A DNA stretch of 64,000 nucleotides from an uncultured Bacilli bacterium (GCA_947629655.1 CANREL010000004.1:13577-77576), one strand, 5' to 3'. Numbered from the stretch's first letter, positions 39,136 through 48,958 are shown. Made by a program: numbers and translations. The notes: a model not told the origin generated them from the letters alone.

Positions 39136-39975
39136 ATGAATAAAAAGAGAATAATTGGATTAGTAATAATGGTGTTGGGAAGTATTTGTATATTGAGTTC
39201 TGTTTTCATGATGGTGATCAATTTTTCAAAAGATGACAATACTCCAAAAGATAATGATGAAAGTAATGAAGAAACAACAGAATCAAAACATACTAAAGAA
39301 GTGAAAGAAAATATTGAAAACATCTTTTTAAACGATGATACATCTAGTGATAAAATTGAAGAAATAACAGGTAAAGAAGTGCGTTTTGACTATGTCGTTT
39401 TAGGTAGTGATAGCTATCTTCGCAGTAGACCTACGAGTGAAGTCATCGCTAGTGAAAAACTTGATGATTATGTCACTAAACAAGATGAATATGCTAAAAA
39501 AGTGGAAAAAAATTATAGAGATAATACTGAATATGTCATCGTTGAAGGTGATGATAAAAATTTGAATTTTCAAGTTACACCATGGTATTTCGCTCTATAT
39601 TCTAGTGATTTATCCAGTTTAAAAAATAAATTATTAGAGATGGCTAATGTCGATTTGAGTTTAATTGATACTGATTATTCTAAATATTCTATTTATGAAT
39701 ATAAAGCTCGCGTTAAAGCAATGATAATTTTAGATAGTTATTTAAATAATTATAAAAATGATAATGAAAATATTGATTTCGTATTCTATTACGAAAATGA
39801 TAAACCAGCACCTGATCAATATCTCAACTTGTATTATAATTTAATCGGTTCTACTTCTAAGTACATGACTAATAATGAAGAACAATTAAAAGTACAAGTT
39901 ACAAGAGTAAATGATTATCTCAATCAAGCTATTGAAAATGGTTTAATTGATAAAAATGATGTTTTAGGATTGTAG
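39136..39975 (+). CDS. Single-pass membrane protein, paralog 2 of the tandem pair.
   Basis: Same architecture as 38295 and colinear homology through the C-terminus (YEYKARVKAM...FYYEN...YLNLYYNLIGSTSKY). Confidence 0.6.
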   Translation: MNKKRIIGLVIMVLGSICILSSVFMMVINFSKDDNTPKDNDESNEETTESKHTKEVKENIENIFLNDDTSSDKIEEITGKEVRFDYVVLGSDSYLRSRPTSEVIASEKLDDYVTKQDEYAKKVEKNYRDNTEYVIVEGDDKNLNFQVTPWYFALYSSDLSSLKNKLLEMANVDLSLIDTDYSKYSIYEYKARVKAMIILDSYLNNYKNDNENIDFVFYYENDKPAPDQYLNLYYNLIGSTSKYMTNNEEQLKVQVTRVNDYLNQAIENGLIDKNDVLGL

Positions 39976-39981
39976 TTTTTT

Positions 39982-40012
39982 TAAGAGAATTTTTATTCTC
40001 TTTTTCTTATTT
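39982..40012 (+). terminator. Intrinsic terminator.
   Basis: AAGAGAAT-tttt-ATTCTCTT hairpin followed by a T-run. Confidence 0.55.
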
Positions 40013-40029
40013 TAAAATATCTATTACTA

Positions 40030-40038
40030 TGTTATAAT
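40030..40038 (+). promoter_or_regulatory. Extended -10 element TGtTATAAT upstream of the tad genes.
   Basis: TGTTATAAT lies 32 nt upstream of the ATG at 40070. Confidence 0.35.
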
Positions 40039-40069
40039 TATATTGATAATAATAGGAAGGGTTGATTTG

Positions 40070-40426
40070 ATGAAAAATAAGCAAAGTGGTCAAGCATTAA
40101 TAGAATTTGTCATTATTTTACCAGTTGTGATCTTGCTTATTTTTTCTTTTGTAGATTTGGGTAGAATTGTTTTAGAAAATAATAGATTAGAGAATTTAAC
40201 TACGAGTGTTATTGAAAAATATAATGAGACTAAAAAATATGATGATGTCATTTCTTATATCGATTCATTAGGATATGAAAAAGTTGATTTATCTATTTCT
40301 GCACATGATGATATGTTGACGATTAAACTCACTGAAAAAATTGACTTAGTTACGCCAGGACTTTCAAAAATCATGGGTGATCCTTATAAAGTTGAAGTAG
40401 AGAGAGTTGTTAAATATGAAAAATGA
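40070..40426 (+). CDS. TadE-like pseudopilin.
   Basis: N-terminus SGQALIEFVIILPVVILLIFSFVDLGR matches the TadE-like domain (G/xxxxEF). Confidence 0.65.
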   Translation: MKNKQSGQALIEFVIILPVVILLIFSFVDLGRIVLENNRLENLTTSVIEKYNETKKYDDVISYIDSLGYEKVDLSISAHDDMLTIKLTEKIDLVTPGLSKIMGDPYKVEVERVVKYEK

Positions 40427-41192
40427 AAAAGGTCAAGTATTAGTTCTTTTCATAATGATTTTACCACTTCTATTATTAGGAGGAGCGTGTATCGTTGATT
40501 CTTCTTATATGTTATATCAAAAAAATCGTTTAGATAATATAAATCGTGATGTTTTGAATAGTGTCAATAATAGTTCTTCTTTGAGTGAAGAAGTAATTGA
40601 TGAAATAATTAGAGAAAATGATGCGAAAATTGTCAATGATGAGATATCGATTGATGAGAAAATTGTGATTAAAAATCATGTGATGGTCGATAGCCTATTT
40701 GGAAAGATAATAGGTATTGATAAATATAGAGTCAATTCAGAAGTCAGTGTAAAAGCTAAGAGATTGATATTAGATATCGATAGTTTAAAGAATATTGATA
40801 ATACTGGTAATTATTCAGTTATCAATAATAATGTCATTTATGATGGAGGATTAGTTTTTAAAGATTCTGATTTGGTGATTAATAATTTTAATATGAATGG
40901 TGACTTTGAGATAAATATTTCTTTTTCATTTGAAAAAAATGGTAATTTATTAGAATTCAATAATCTTTTGATAAATATTAGTAATGATGAATTATTCATA
41001 AATGGAAAAAGAGTTACTAGTTTAAAAATTGGTGAAAAATATGATTTAGTCATAACTAAAGATCGAGTTGTATTAAATGGTGATAGTTCAGTATCTTCTA
41101 ATGATATTGACAATTATTCTGGTGATTTGATCATTGGTAAGGGATTCAGTGGAAAAATAGAATTCATAAAAATATATAATATTGGAAATTAG
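40416..41192 (+). CDS. TadE/TadG-like pilus-assembly protein.
   Basis: N-terminus EKGQVLVLFIMILPLLLLGGACIVD matches a TadE-like N-terminal helix. The ATG at 40416 overlaps the upstream stop. Confidence 0.55.
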   Translation: MKNEKGQVLVLFIMILPLLLLGGACIVDSSYMLYQKNRLDNINRDVLNSVNNSSSLSEEVIDEIIRENDAKIVNDEISIDEKIVIKNHVMVDSLFGKIIGIDKYRVNSEVSVKAKRLILDIDSLKNIDNTGNYSVINNNVIYDGGLVFKDSDLVINNFNMNGDFEINISFSFEKNGNLLEFNNLLINISNDELFINGKRVTSLKIGEKYDLVITKDRVVLNGDSSVSSNDIDNYSGDLIIGKGFSGKIEFIKIYNIGN

Positions 41193-41200
41193 GTGAAAAT

Positions 41201-41974
41201 ATGGAAAGTAAAAAAGGTAAAATTCTTACGATTACATCAATGAAGGGTGGAGTTGGAAAAACGATGGTGACGATGCTTCTAGCTAATGTTTTTTCGAAAT
41301 GTGGTAAAAAAGTATTAGTTGTCGATTTGGATTTATACAATGGTAATTTAGCTTTTGCTTATAAAACTAGAGTAAAAAGTTCTATCTATAATTTGTGTGA
41401 TGACATAGCTAATAATCGTTTAGTCAATGGAATAACATCTGAATACGTTTCAAAGATAAGTGATAATTTATACTTTATCGCGGCACCTAAGGATCCACGT
41501 CAAGCTAATAAGATTGATAATAAATATCTCGATAGCATTTTGAAATCATTATCTTTTTTATACGATGTCATTTTAATCGATACTAATCATATATTAAGTG
41601 TTTCTAACATGGTCGCTTTTGAAAACAGTTATAAGATTGTTGACCTTGTCACCAATGACAGCTTTGATTTACAGAGTACGAAGAGTTTTGTGGCCATCTG
41701 TAAGAACATGGGTGTTGACAATTTAGTTTTGATGTTAAATAACGCCATTGATTCACGAAGAGGTTACTATACGACTTATGACATGAAAAATATTACGAAG
41801 AAGAATATTGATTATACAATTCCAAGCGCTTTCTATTTAAAGAATTTTGATCAGTTGGTAATGGATGGTAAGATTGGTTTCTTTGATGAATATTTAAAGG
41901 GTGAAGCTAAAAAGAGTTTGGAAGATTTTGCTGGTCACATGTTAAGTCTCATTGATGATGGAGGTAAGGAATAA
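41201..41974 (+). CDS. CpaE/TadZ-like ParA/MinD-family ATPase.
   Basis: Deviant Walker A SMKGGVGKT. Positioned between the tadE-like and cpaF genes. Confidence 0.7.
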   Translation: MESKKGKILTITSMKGGVGKTMVTMLLANVFSKCGKKVLVVDLDLYNGNLAFAYKTRVKSSIYNLCDDIANNRLVNGITSEYVSKISDNLYFIAAPKDPRQANKIDNKYLDSILKSLSFLYDVILIDTNHILSVSNMVAFENSYKIVDLVTNDSFDLQSTKSFVAICKNMGVDNLVLMLNNAIDSRRGYYTTYDMKNITKKNIDYTIPSAFYLKNFDQLVMDGKIGFFDEYLKGEAKKSLEDFAGHMLSLIDDGGKE

Positions 41975-43359
41975 TGAAGAAATCTAGTTGGTTAGAAGAA
42001 TTTGATGTAGTTGATCTATCTCCTAAAGTTGATACTCATGAATCTGATTATGAAGTGTTTGAAGATAAGAAGTTACTCGACAATTTTAGAAATAGTATCA
42101 TTCAGGAATTGATCGATAGTAATATAAGTGATAATAGTAATTTATCACAATACATAAATGAAGAAATAGACCGCATTACTGATGGATATGATTTGAGTGG
42201 TCAAGAGAGAAATTATCTTTTGAATTTGATTGAAAATGAAGTTAATGGTTATGGACCAATTACGGAGCTTTTGGATGATAAAAACGTTACAGAAATAATG
42301 ATAAATGGTCCAGATGAAATATATATTGAAGTCGATGGTGTTCTATCACGTGATAAAAGTGTTTCTTTTATCAATGCTGATCACATCATTCGAACTGTTC
42401 AAAGAATAATTCAACCCCTTGGTAGAACGATAGATTCCGCAAGTCCGATGGTCGATTCGCGACTTCCTGACGGTTCAAGAATTAATGCGATCATTCCACC
42501 ATTGTCTGTCAAAGGACCAGTGGTGACAATTCGTAAATTTAAAGATGATATCGACAATATCGATTCTCTAATTGGTAATGGAACACTAACACCTTATATG
42601 GCTAGATTTTTAGATGCCTGTGTCGATGCACGATTAAATATTTTGGTCTGTGGTGGTACTGGTAGTGGTAAGACGACACTTCTAAACGTCTTATCAAACT
42701 TTATCGGTAATGAAGAGAGAATAATCACGATTGAGGATGCTGTCGAATTGCGATTAAAACAAGATCATGTCATTTCACTTGAGACTAAAAGTACTAACTA
42801 TGATCAAGAAGGCGAAGTGACAATTCGTGATTTGGTCAGAAACTCATTACGTATGCGACCTGACCGCATAATTGTTGGTGAAGTTCGTGGTAAAGAAGCA
42901 TTTGATATGCTTCAAGCGATGAATACTGGTCATGATGGAAGTTTGACTACGTTGCATGCCAATGGTTGTAGAGACGCTTTAAATAGACTTGAAACGATGA
43001 TTTTAATGGGTGAGTTGGAACTTCCTATCAAAGCTATCCGCGGTTATATAGAAAGCGCAATTGATATCGTCATATCAGTTGAAAGATTGAGTGATGGTAA
43101 GAGAAAAGTTACATCAATATCAGAAATTGTCGGTTTTGATGGGGAAAACATTCAATTAAAAGAAATATTTGGTTTTATTAAACATGGATTGACGGAAAGT
43201 AAAGAGGTAAATGGAGAATTCATCCTATACGATTACGTTCCAGAAGTTTATGAAAAGATTAAGAGTCGTGGTATTAATACCATTGATGACATGTTTGTAA
43301 AAGAGGAAAAAAAGAAAAAAAGTTCAGTTAAAAAAACAACAAAAAAGACTAAAAAGTAG
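41974..43359 (+). CDS. tadA: CpaF/TadA secretion ATPase (type II/IV secretion NTPase).
   Basis: Walker A GGTGSGKTTLLN, Asp box, Walker B IIVGEVRG, His box TTLHANG. 461 aa. Confidence 0.9.
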   Translation: MKKSSWLEEFDVVDLSPKVDTHESDYEVFEDKKLLDNFRNSIIQELIDSNISDNSNLSQYINEEIDRITDGYDLSGQERNYLLNLIENEVNGYGPITELLDDKNVTEIMINGPDEIYIEVDGVLSRDKSVSFINADHIIRTVQRIIQPLGRTIDSASPMVDSRLPDGSRINAIIPPLSVKGPVVTIRKFKDDIDNIDSLIGNGTLTPYMARFLDACVDARLNILVCGGTGSGKTTLLNVLSNFIGNEERIITIEDAVELRLKQDHVISLETKSTNYDQEGEVTIRDLVRNSLRMRPDRIIVGEVRGKEAFDMLQAMNTGHDGSLTTLHANGCRDALNRLETMILMGELELPIKAIRGYIESAIDIVISVERLSDGKRKVTSISEIVGFDGENIQLKEIFGFIKHGLTESKEVNGEFILYDYVPEVYEKIKSRGINTIDDMFVKEEKKKKSSVKKTTKKTKK

Positions 43360-43370
43360 GAAGTGATAAA

Positions 43371-44387
43371 ATGGATACAGCACTTGATATAATCATTTTT
43401 ATAATTCAAGTGATAACAGGATTTGTACTGTTGTACATCGCTTATCGTCTATTCAGATTTTATCGAACAGTAGGGTTTGATAAGCGCTTTGGACCTTATT
43501 CTGTCGAATTGTTAGAAGATGATAGTGAATCGTTTTTTGACATGGTCAGTTATTATTATGACAAAGTACAAAATTATCTTTCAAAGTCTTTGATAAAAAT
43601 AAAAATATTTGATAGTTATAGTAAAAAATATGAAAAGTATAGTTATGGAAAAAGAGTTAATGCGATAGATGATATGAATTATATATCGAAAAAGATATTC
43701 ATTGGTTTACTATGTGTATTTCTACTATTATTCTCTTGTATTTTTAGATATGTACACGTAAGTTTACTATCGATTTTATTAGCTTTCTTAGTAGGTTTTT
43801 TTGCTCTTGATGTCTATTTGATAATTTATGATAGAATGCGAAAAAACAGTATTGAAAAAGATATTAATAAAGCGGTCATCATCATGAATAATGCCTTTAA
43901 ATCAGGTTATAGTATCATGCAGGCAATATACCTTGTCCATACACAAATGGATGGGGCGATAAGTGAAGAATTTAGAAAGATGTACATCGATATTACTTTT
44001 GGGTTGAACATGGAAGTAGTCTTTAATCGTTTCGCTGATCGCGTTGATTGTGTTGAAGCTCGCTACATGGCTACATCTTTAGGTGTTGTCAATAGGACTG
44101 GTGGAAATATCATTCAAGTTTTTGATGCCGTTGAAAGAAATGCTACGACGAGGCAACGATTGAAAGAAGAACTTAGCAGTGTTTCAGCATCGGCTCGTGC
44201 TATGTTTAAGATTTTGGTATGCATTCCAATATTCATAATTGGTATTCTATTGATTTTAAATCCTACTTATTTTGCACCACTATTCAAAACACCAATAGGT
44301 ATTTTGTGTTTGTTATTGAGTGTGATCATATATGTTTTATACATCATCATCATTAGAAAAATTATATATGTGGAGGTTGATTTATGA
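43371..44387 (+). CDS. tadB: TadB-like (T2SS-F family) inner-membrane platform protein.
   Basis: 338 aa with three or four TM helices and a T2SF-like cytoplasmic domain. Follows cpaF. Confidence 0.7.
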   Translation: MDTALDIIIFIIQVITGFVLLYIAYRLFRFYRTVGFDKRFGPYSVELLEDDSESFFDMVSYYYDKVQNYLSKSLIKIKIFDSYSKKYEKYSYGKRVNAIDDMNYISKKIFIGLLCVFLLLFSCIFRYVHVSLLSILLAFLVGFFALDVYLIIYDRMRKNSIEKDINKAVIIMNNAFKSGYSIMQAIYLVHTQMDGAISEEFRKMYIDITFGLNMEVVFNRFADRVDCVEARYMATSLGVVNRTGGNIIQVFDAVERNATTRQRLKEELSSVSASARAMFKILVCIPIFIIGILLILNPTYFAPLFKTPIGILCLLLSVIIYVLYIIIIRKIIYVEVDL

Positions 44388-45097
44388 AAAAGGTAAAGAA
44401 TAAGAAAAGAACTCTTTCACGTAGTATTTTTTCTAAGAGACAAATCGATAGAATTCAAAGAAAAATCGATTTATTAGGTGAAAATAGTAAATTTGATGCG
44501 ATTTTCTTCTTAAATTTGCGCTTTATTTCTTCCATAGTTCTATTTTTAGTGGTATTATATGTATTTGAGTTGGGGTACTTCTTAGCACCACTAATCACGT
44601 TTATTTACTATTATTTAATTTACTATCTTTTAATTGAATACAATATAAATAAGAGATGTGATAAATTAGATGTTGAAGCGATGTATTTTTTTGAAGTTAT
44701 GACTTTGGCATTAGAATCTGGTAATAATTTAAAAAATGCTTTAGATATGACTTGTAGTAATGTGGACAATGAATTGTCTAGAGAATTTCGTAAAGCTCTT
44801 GATGAAGTTGATTACGGAAAGAGTTTGAATGAAGCTTTAGAGAGTTTGAAGCTTAGAATACCTTCGGATACAATTAACAATATTATTTTGAATATCATGC
44901 AATCTAATATTTTTGGTAATAATATAACTAATGATATGTACAATCAATTGGATTACATTAGAGATAGAGAAATTCAAAAAGCTAAGAGTAGAATTAGTAA
45001 AATACCTCTATACGTATCAGTCATTTCAGTCGTATTTTATGTACCTTTGATAATGTTGTTGATTTTATCACCAGTTATAATAGAATTTTTAAGTTAG
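44384..45097 (+). CDS. tadC: TadC-like (T2SS-F family) inner-membrane platform protein.
   Basis: 237 aa with TM helices. Start overlaps the tadB stop (ATGA). Confidence 0.65.
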   Translation: MKKVKNKKRTLSRSIFSKRQIDRIQRKIDLLGENSKFDAIFFLNLRFISSIVLFLVVLYVFELGYFLAPLITFIYYYLIYYLLIEYNINKRCDKLDVEAMYFFEVMTLALESGNNLKNALDMTCSNVDNELSREFRKALDEVDYGKSLNEALESLKLRIPSDTINNIILNIMQSNIFGNNITNDMYNQLDYIRDREIQKAKSRISKIPLYVSVISVVFYVPLIMLLILSPVIIEFLS

Positions 45098-45108
45098 GAG
45101 ATGTTAAA

Positions 45109-45828
45109 ATGAGTGGACATTCAAAGTGGGCAACTATCCATAGAAAAAAAGGATTATTGGATGCTGAAAGAGGAAAGATTTTCCAAAAGATTGCTAAAGA
45201 ATTATACGTAGCTGCGAAAGGGACAAATGGTAATCCAGATGATAACCCCGGTTTGCGCTTAGTAGTTGAAAAGGCAAAGAGTAATAACATGCCTAAAGAC
45301 AACATTCAAAAAGCGATTGATAAAGCTGTTAAATCAGCTGGTGGTGAAGACTATGAATCAGTTAGATACGAGGGATATGGTCCAAATGGTGTCGCATTCA
45401 TGGTTGATTGCTTAACTGATAATCGCAATAGAACAGCGATGCTTGTCAGATCAACTTTTACTAAACGTGGTGGAAATCTTGGAACTGACGGATCTGTTTC
45501 ATACATGTTTGAAAGACGTGGGGTTATCGTCATCGATAAAACTCTTGAAGAAGATGAAGCAATGATGGTATGCCTAGATAATGGTGCAGATGATTTCATC
45601 GTCAATGATGACAGTTATGAAATATATACGACACCTGATGATTTCATCAAAGTAAAGACAGCTTTAGAAGAAAGTGGTGTCAAAGAGTTTTTAACTAGTG
45701 AGATTACATATGTAGCTAATAATTTAGTTGAACTTGATGAAGAAGCAACAGAAAGAGTCATGGCCTTAGCTGATGCTCTAGATGAAATTGATGACGTTCA
45801 AAACGTATATCATAATTTGAGTATTTAA
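45109..45828 (+). CDS. yebC: YebC/PmpR-family transcriptional regulatory protein.
   Basis: MSGHSKWATIHRKKG N-terminus, 239 aa. Confidence 0.9.
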   Translation: MSGHSKWATIHRKKGLLDAERGKIFQKIAKELYVAAKGTNGNPDDNPGLRLVVEKAKSNNMPKDNIQKAIDKAVKSAGGEDYESVRYEGYGPNGVAFMVDCLTDNRNRTAMLVRSTFTKRGGNLGTDGSVSYMFERRGVIVIDKTLEEDEAMMVCLDNGADDFIVNDDSYEIYTTPDDFIKVKTALEESGVKEFLTSEITYVANNLVELDEEATERVMALADALDEIDDVQNVYHNLSI

Positions 45829-45853
45829 GTAGATTTATATCTACTTTTTTTGT
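45829..45853 (+). terminator. Intrinsic terminator after yebC.
   Basis: AGTAGAT-ttat-ATCTACT hairpin followed by T7. Confidence 0.65.
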
Positions 45854-45877
45854 ATACTATAAAGGGTGGTGATCTAA

Positions 45878-48800
45878 ATGAGCTATATAAAATCTTTTGA
45901 TGAAGAAGAATTTGAATCTTTAAAAGAGTATTGTCAAAAATATAGTTCTCAATATGGACTCAGTGCTCATGTCATGGAGTTATTAGATGAGAATGGACTT
46001 TATTATTTGAATAAATTTGTCAATGATGATGAAGATTTTGATGAACGTGATTTTGATACTTTAATAAGAGCTTTCTTTGATGGTTTTGATTTTTATTATG
46101 ATCGTTTAGATGATAATTATTTATTAGCGGCTAAAGAAAAATTAGAAGAGACTTTTTCATTCTTTGAAGATAGTCATTTAGATGATGAACACAAAAGTGA
46201 AATTGTCGATAATTTTTTTGAAATACTATCGAGTTATACGCGTGAAGAGTTGAGTGATAGTAAAGCTTTATACTATTTATTGACTTCTGATGTTTTTAGA
46301 AGGAGCAACATGGTTAAAGAATATTTGTACAATTCTTATAATTCGGTTGCTACTAGTAAAGAAAAGTTGGTCTTTTTTGTCAAAAATCTATATGATTTAT
46401 TGAACAAATTACCATATGAAGATGCTCACAAAGTCGATTATATATTTTTGAGTAGTTCTGATGCCTTCACTTATTTTTTAGATGTACCTGAAGAGATGAA
46501 TATCTTTTTTAATGAGAGAATTTTATCAAAATTTGGAAAAGAGACCTTGAGCTTTCTATTCAGAATGTCAGATTATTCTGTCTTCAGCAGTTTTTGTAGA
46601 TCTGATGATAAGTTTTTGTCTGTCGTAGCAGCTATGAATGAATACGTATTAAAAAAATATAATAAAAATTCTTATTTCTTTGATGGAGTTTTTAAATTTT
46701 TTAACAGATTTGAGAAAAAAGATATTAGAGCTAGAAAAATAATCATTGATCTATTCTCTGAATATTATGACAAATATTTTGAAGAAAGTAAAAAGAATGG
46801 TTTTGAAAACGATGAGATTTTTAATAATTTATTGGGATTAATTCTGCAACATCGTGATGTAATATATTTTTTGAATGAAAAAAATATTGAAAATTTAGAT
46901 GATTTCTTTAAAGCGACGAGAGAGAAAATAGATGAATTACACACGACTATATTTGGTAAGGAAGGTTTGGTCAAGTTTAAATATGGTGTCTTTGATCCAA
47001 AAAAAGATTTTCCACCTTTTGAGATGCGAGTACAGGGACTACACGATTTGAAAAATGCTTTCTTGCAAAGAGTTTATGGAATAACTTATGAAGATGCCTT
47101 TTATATCGCGTCAAAATATGGAACTTTTATCGAGCTATGTCAAGATGAAATAGCGGATGAAGATCGTGATGTTTATGAGATAGTTAAGACGATAACCGAT
47201 GTCGCTAATATGATTGATTACAATGGTAATAAAATAAATAATATTAGATTAGCTGCCCATGAATTTATTAAGAATAAGGGACTTTATAATTATAATAATG
47301 GGTCTTGTTATCCGATTCTATTATCATTGATTAATCGCATGTACATGCATGCATATAATGATTGTGTCTTTAAAGTTGATGAAAATTCTAAAGTTTTATA
47401 TCGTCAAAGAAAAGTTCCTGTAATTGATGCAGGAGTTAATTTCAACATGATTGTAAGTTCTATCAATGCTGTTGATGAGTTTTATACCAGTCGTGATAAC
47501 ATGATGGAGAAGTACAACATATCGAGTCGTTCCAATAATCAAGGAATTTGTGCAAGTTTTATCAATAATGAAAGTTTAGGAGTCATATCTTTACGCCAAC
47601 CATTAATTGGGTATGCCAATTTAGCTGATGACAGTTTGGATGCGATGGGAGTTGGTGATATATATTCCAAAACGATTGATTTAGATTTGTTGAGAGCTAA
47701 TTCTACAACTGGTGAGGGAAATTATTTCTTCACTCCTAAAAAATATATCGATTATACAAGATTTGGATATAACGAAATGGTCGTTGATCGCTTTTTGGTC
47801 AAAGATGATGACGATGCGATAAAAGTTCAACCGAGTTACATAGTTGTCTATAAAATAGATGACAATTATAAAAAGACTAGAATGTATAAAAAAGGAATAA
47901 GAATGGCTAGAGATTTTGGTGTTCCACTAGTCTTAGTTGACGTTCCAAAAGTTAAAGAAAATGAACGTGATATCATTCTTCAAAAAGAAAAAGAATTATT
48001 CAAAAGTAGTAAAGTCGATAAGGAATTATTAAATGAAATAGTAACGCGTTATATGAATAATTACAGTGGATCTTTAACGATTATGCGAAGTCGAAATCGC
48101 CGTGGAAATGAATGGCACTATCCAAAGGATTTCTCTGTGCGTGGTTTGACGAGATTTTTAGATAAAGTGGCTCGAAAGTTTGAAGATTTTGATGAAGCAC
48201 AAATAGAAGAGTGGAGTCAAGCTTTGAACGAAGTTTATAATTTAGAAAAAGAAAAGAACAAAATGGCTTTACAAATAAATGATTATGAGGATTCATTGAG
48301 TGGTGGAGAATTTTTACTCGATGATAAGATCATGTTTTCAGAATTTGTTCAAAATATCAAAGATCGCAATATCAATCGTCTTCTTCTCAGAAAGGGCATG
48401 TTTGATCAAGATAAATATTTACACATACCAGATGTCAAAGTACCAAGTGATGTCCAATTGATTGTCGATTTAGCAAACTTATTGTGTAAGAGTAAAGTTT
48501 ATGCCAATGTCAGTGGTCACAATGGGGAAAATATTTATCAGACGAAGAAGACTTATGATTATAGTGAAGAAGAAAAAAATGCTTATGGTCTCGTAATTTC
48601 TTATTTACTTGGGGACTATAGTACTAATTATTTTGCTAATCTCGATACTTGTGATATTACAAATATCAAAATTGATGAAAATATCCAACGCGTTGAGAGG
48701 TGCCTAGATGGCAATGATGCTTTTTCTAATCAGAATATCGATACAGAATTGTTATTAAAAGTTGCTACAGATATTGAAGATCTACCAACGGCAATCTTTT

Positions 48801-48958
48801 CTAAAGTGTTTAGACCATTCATTCAAGATTACAGTGCAAAGATGGGCGTTGCTCCAGATAAAGTACGCGATAATTTTCTTCGTAAGAAAGAACACATTTT
48901 TAGTGAGATGTCTAAATTTGCCCGTTCTGATAGAATTAATAAAGCAATTAGTAAATAA
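45878..48958 (+). CDS. Giant cytoplasmic protein, paralog A (1026 aa), of an unrecognised family: ~480-aa helical N-terminal domain, ~300-aa conserved core, and a variable C-terminal extension.
   Basis: Good RBS AAGGGTGGTGA, no signal peptide. Shares colinear motifs with the 53730 and 57111 ORFs: LLNRMYM, IDAGV.FNMIV, QG[IL]C[AV]S, R[FY]GYNE[MI]..[DE]RFL, QPSY[IV]V.YK, [DE]FG[VI]P[LM]V[LV]VD and RYMNN.SG. Confidence 0.7.
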   Translation: MSYIKSFDEEEFESLKEYCQKYSSQYGLSAHVMELLDENGLYYLNKFVNDDEDFDERDFDTLIRAFFDGFDFYYDRLDDNYLLAAKEKLEETFSFFEDSHLDDEHKSEIVDNFFEILSSYTREELSDSKALYYLLTSDVFRRSNMVKEYLYNSYNSVATSKEKLVFFVKNLYDLLNKLPYEDAHKVDYIFLSSSDAFTYFLDVPEEMNIFFNERILSKFGKETLSFLFRMSDYSVFSSFCRSDDKFLSVVAAMNEYVLKKYNKNSYFFDGVFKFFNRFEKKDIRARKIIIDLFSEYYDKYFEESKKNGFENDEIFNNLLGLILQHRDVIYFLNEKNIENLDDFFKATREKIDELHTTIFGKEGLVKFKYGVFDPKKDFPPFEMRVQGLHDLKNAFLQRVYGITYEDAFYIASKYGTFIELCQDEIADEDRDVYEIVKTITDVANMIDYNGNKINNIRLAAHEFIKNKGLYNYNNGSCYPILLSLINRMYMHAYNDCVFKVDENSKVLYRQRKVPVIDAGVNFNMIVSSINAVDEFYTSRDNMMEKYNISSRSNNQGICASFINNESLGVISLRQPLIGYANLADDSLDAMGVGDIYSKTIDLDLLRANSTTGEGNYFFTPKKYIDYTRFGYNEMVVDRFLVKDDDDAIKVQPSYIVVYKIDDNYKKTRMYKKGIRMARDFGVPLVLVDVPKVKENERDIILQKEKELFKSSKVDKELLNEIVTRYMNNYSGSLTIMRSRNRRGNEWHYPKDFSVRGLTRFLDKVARKFEDFDEAQIEEWSQALNEVYNLEKEKNKMALQINDYEDSLSGGEFLLDDKIMFSEFVQNIKDRNINRLLLRKGMFDQDKYLHIPDVKVPSDVQLIVDLANLLCKSKVYANVSGHNGENIYQTKKTYDYSEEEKNAYGLVISYLLGDYSTNYFANLDTCDITNIKIDENIQRVERCLDGNDAFSNQNIDTELLLKVATDIEDLPTAIFSKVFRPFIQDYSAKMGVAPDKVRDNFLRKKEHIFSEMSKFARSDRINKAISK

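Noticed and set aside
20527-40038. An identical 11-mer, TATGTTATAAT, occurs upstream of both 20565 and 40070 and could be a shared regulatory site or a repeat element.
   Set aside because: It is a short near-consensus extended -10 sequence, and chance recurrence in 30% GC DNA is plausible. I kept the two copies only as low-confidence promoter calls.
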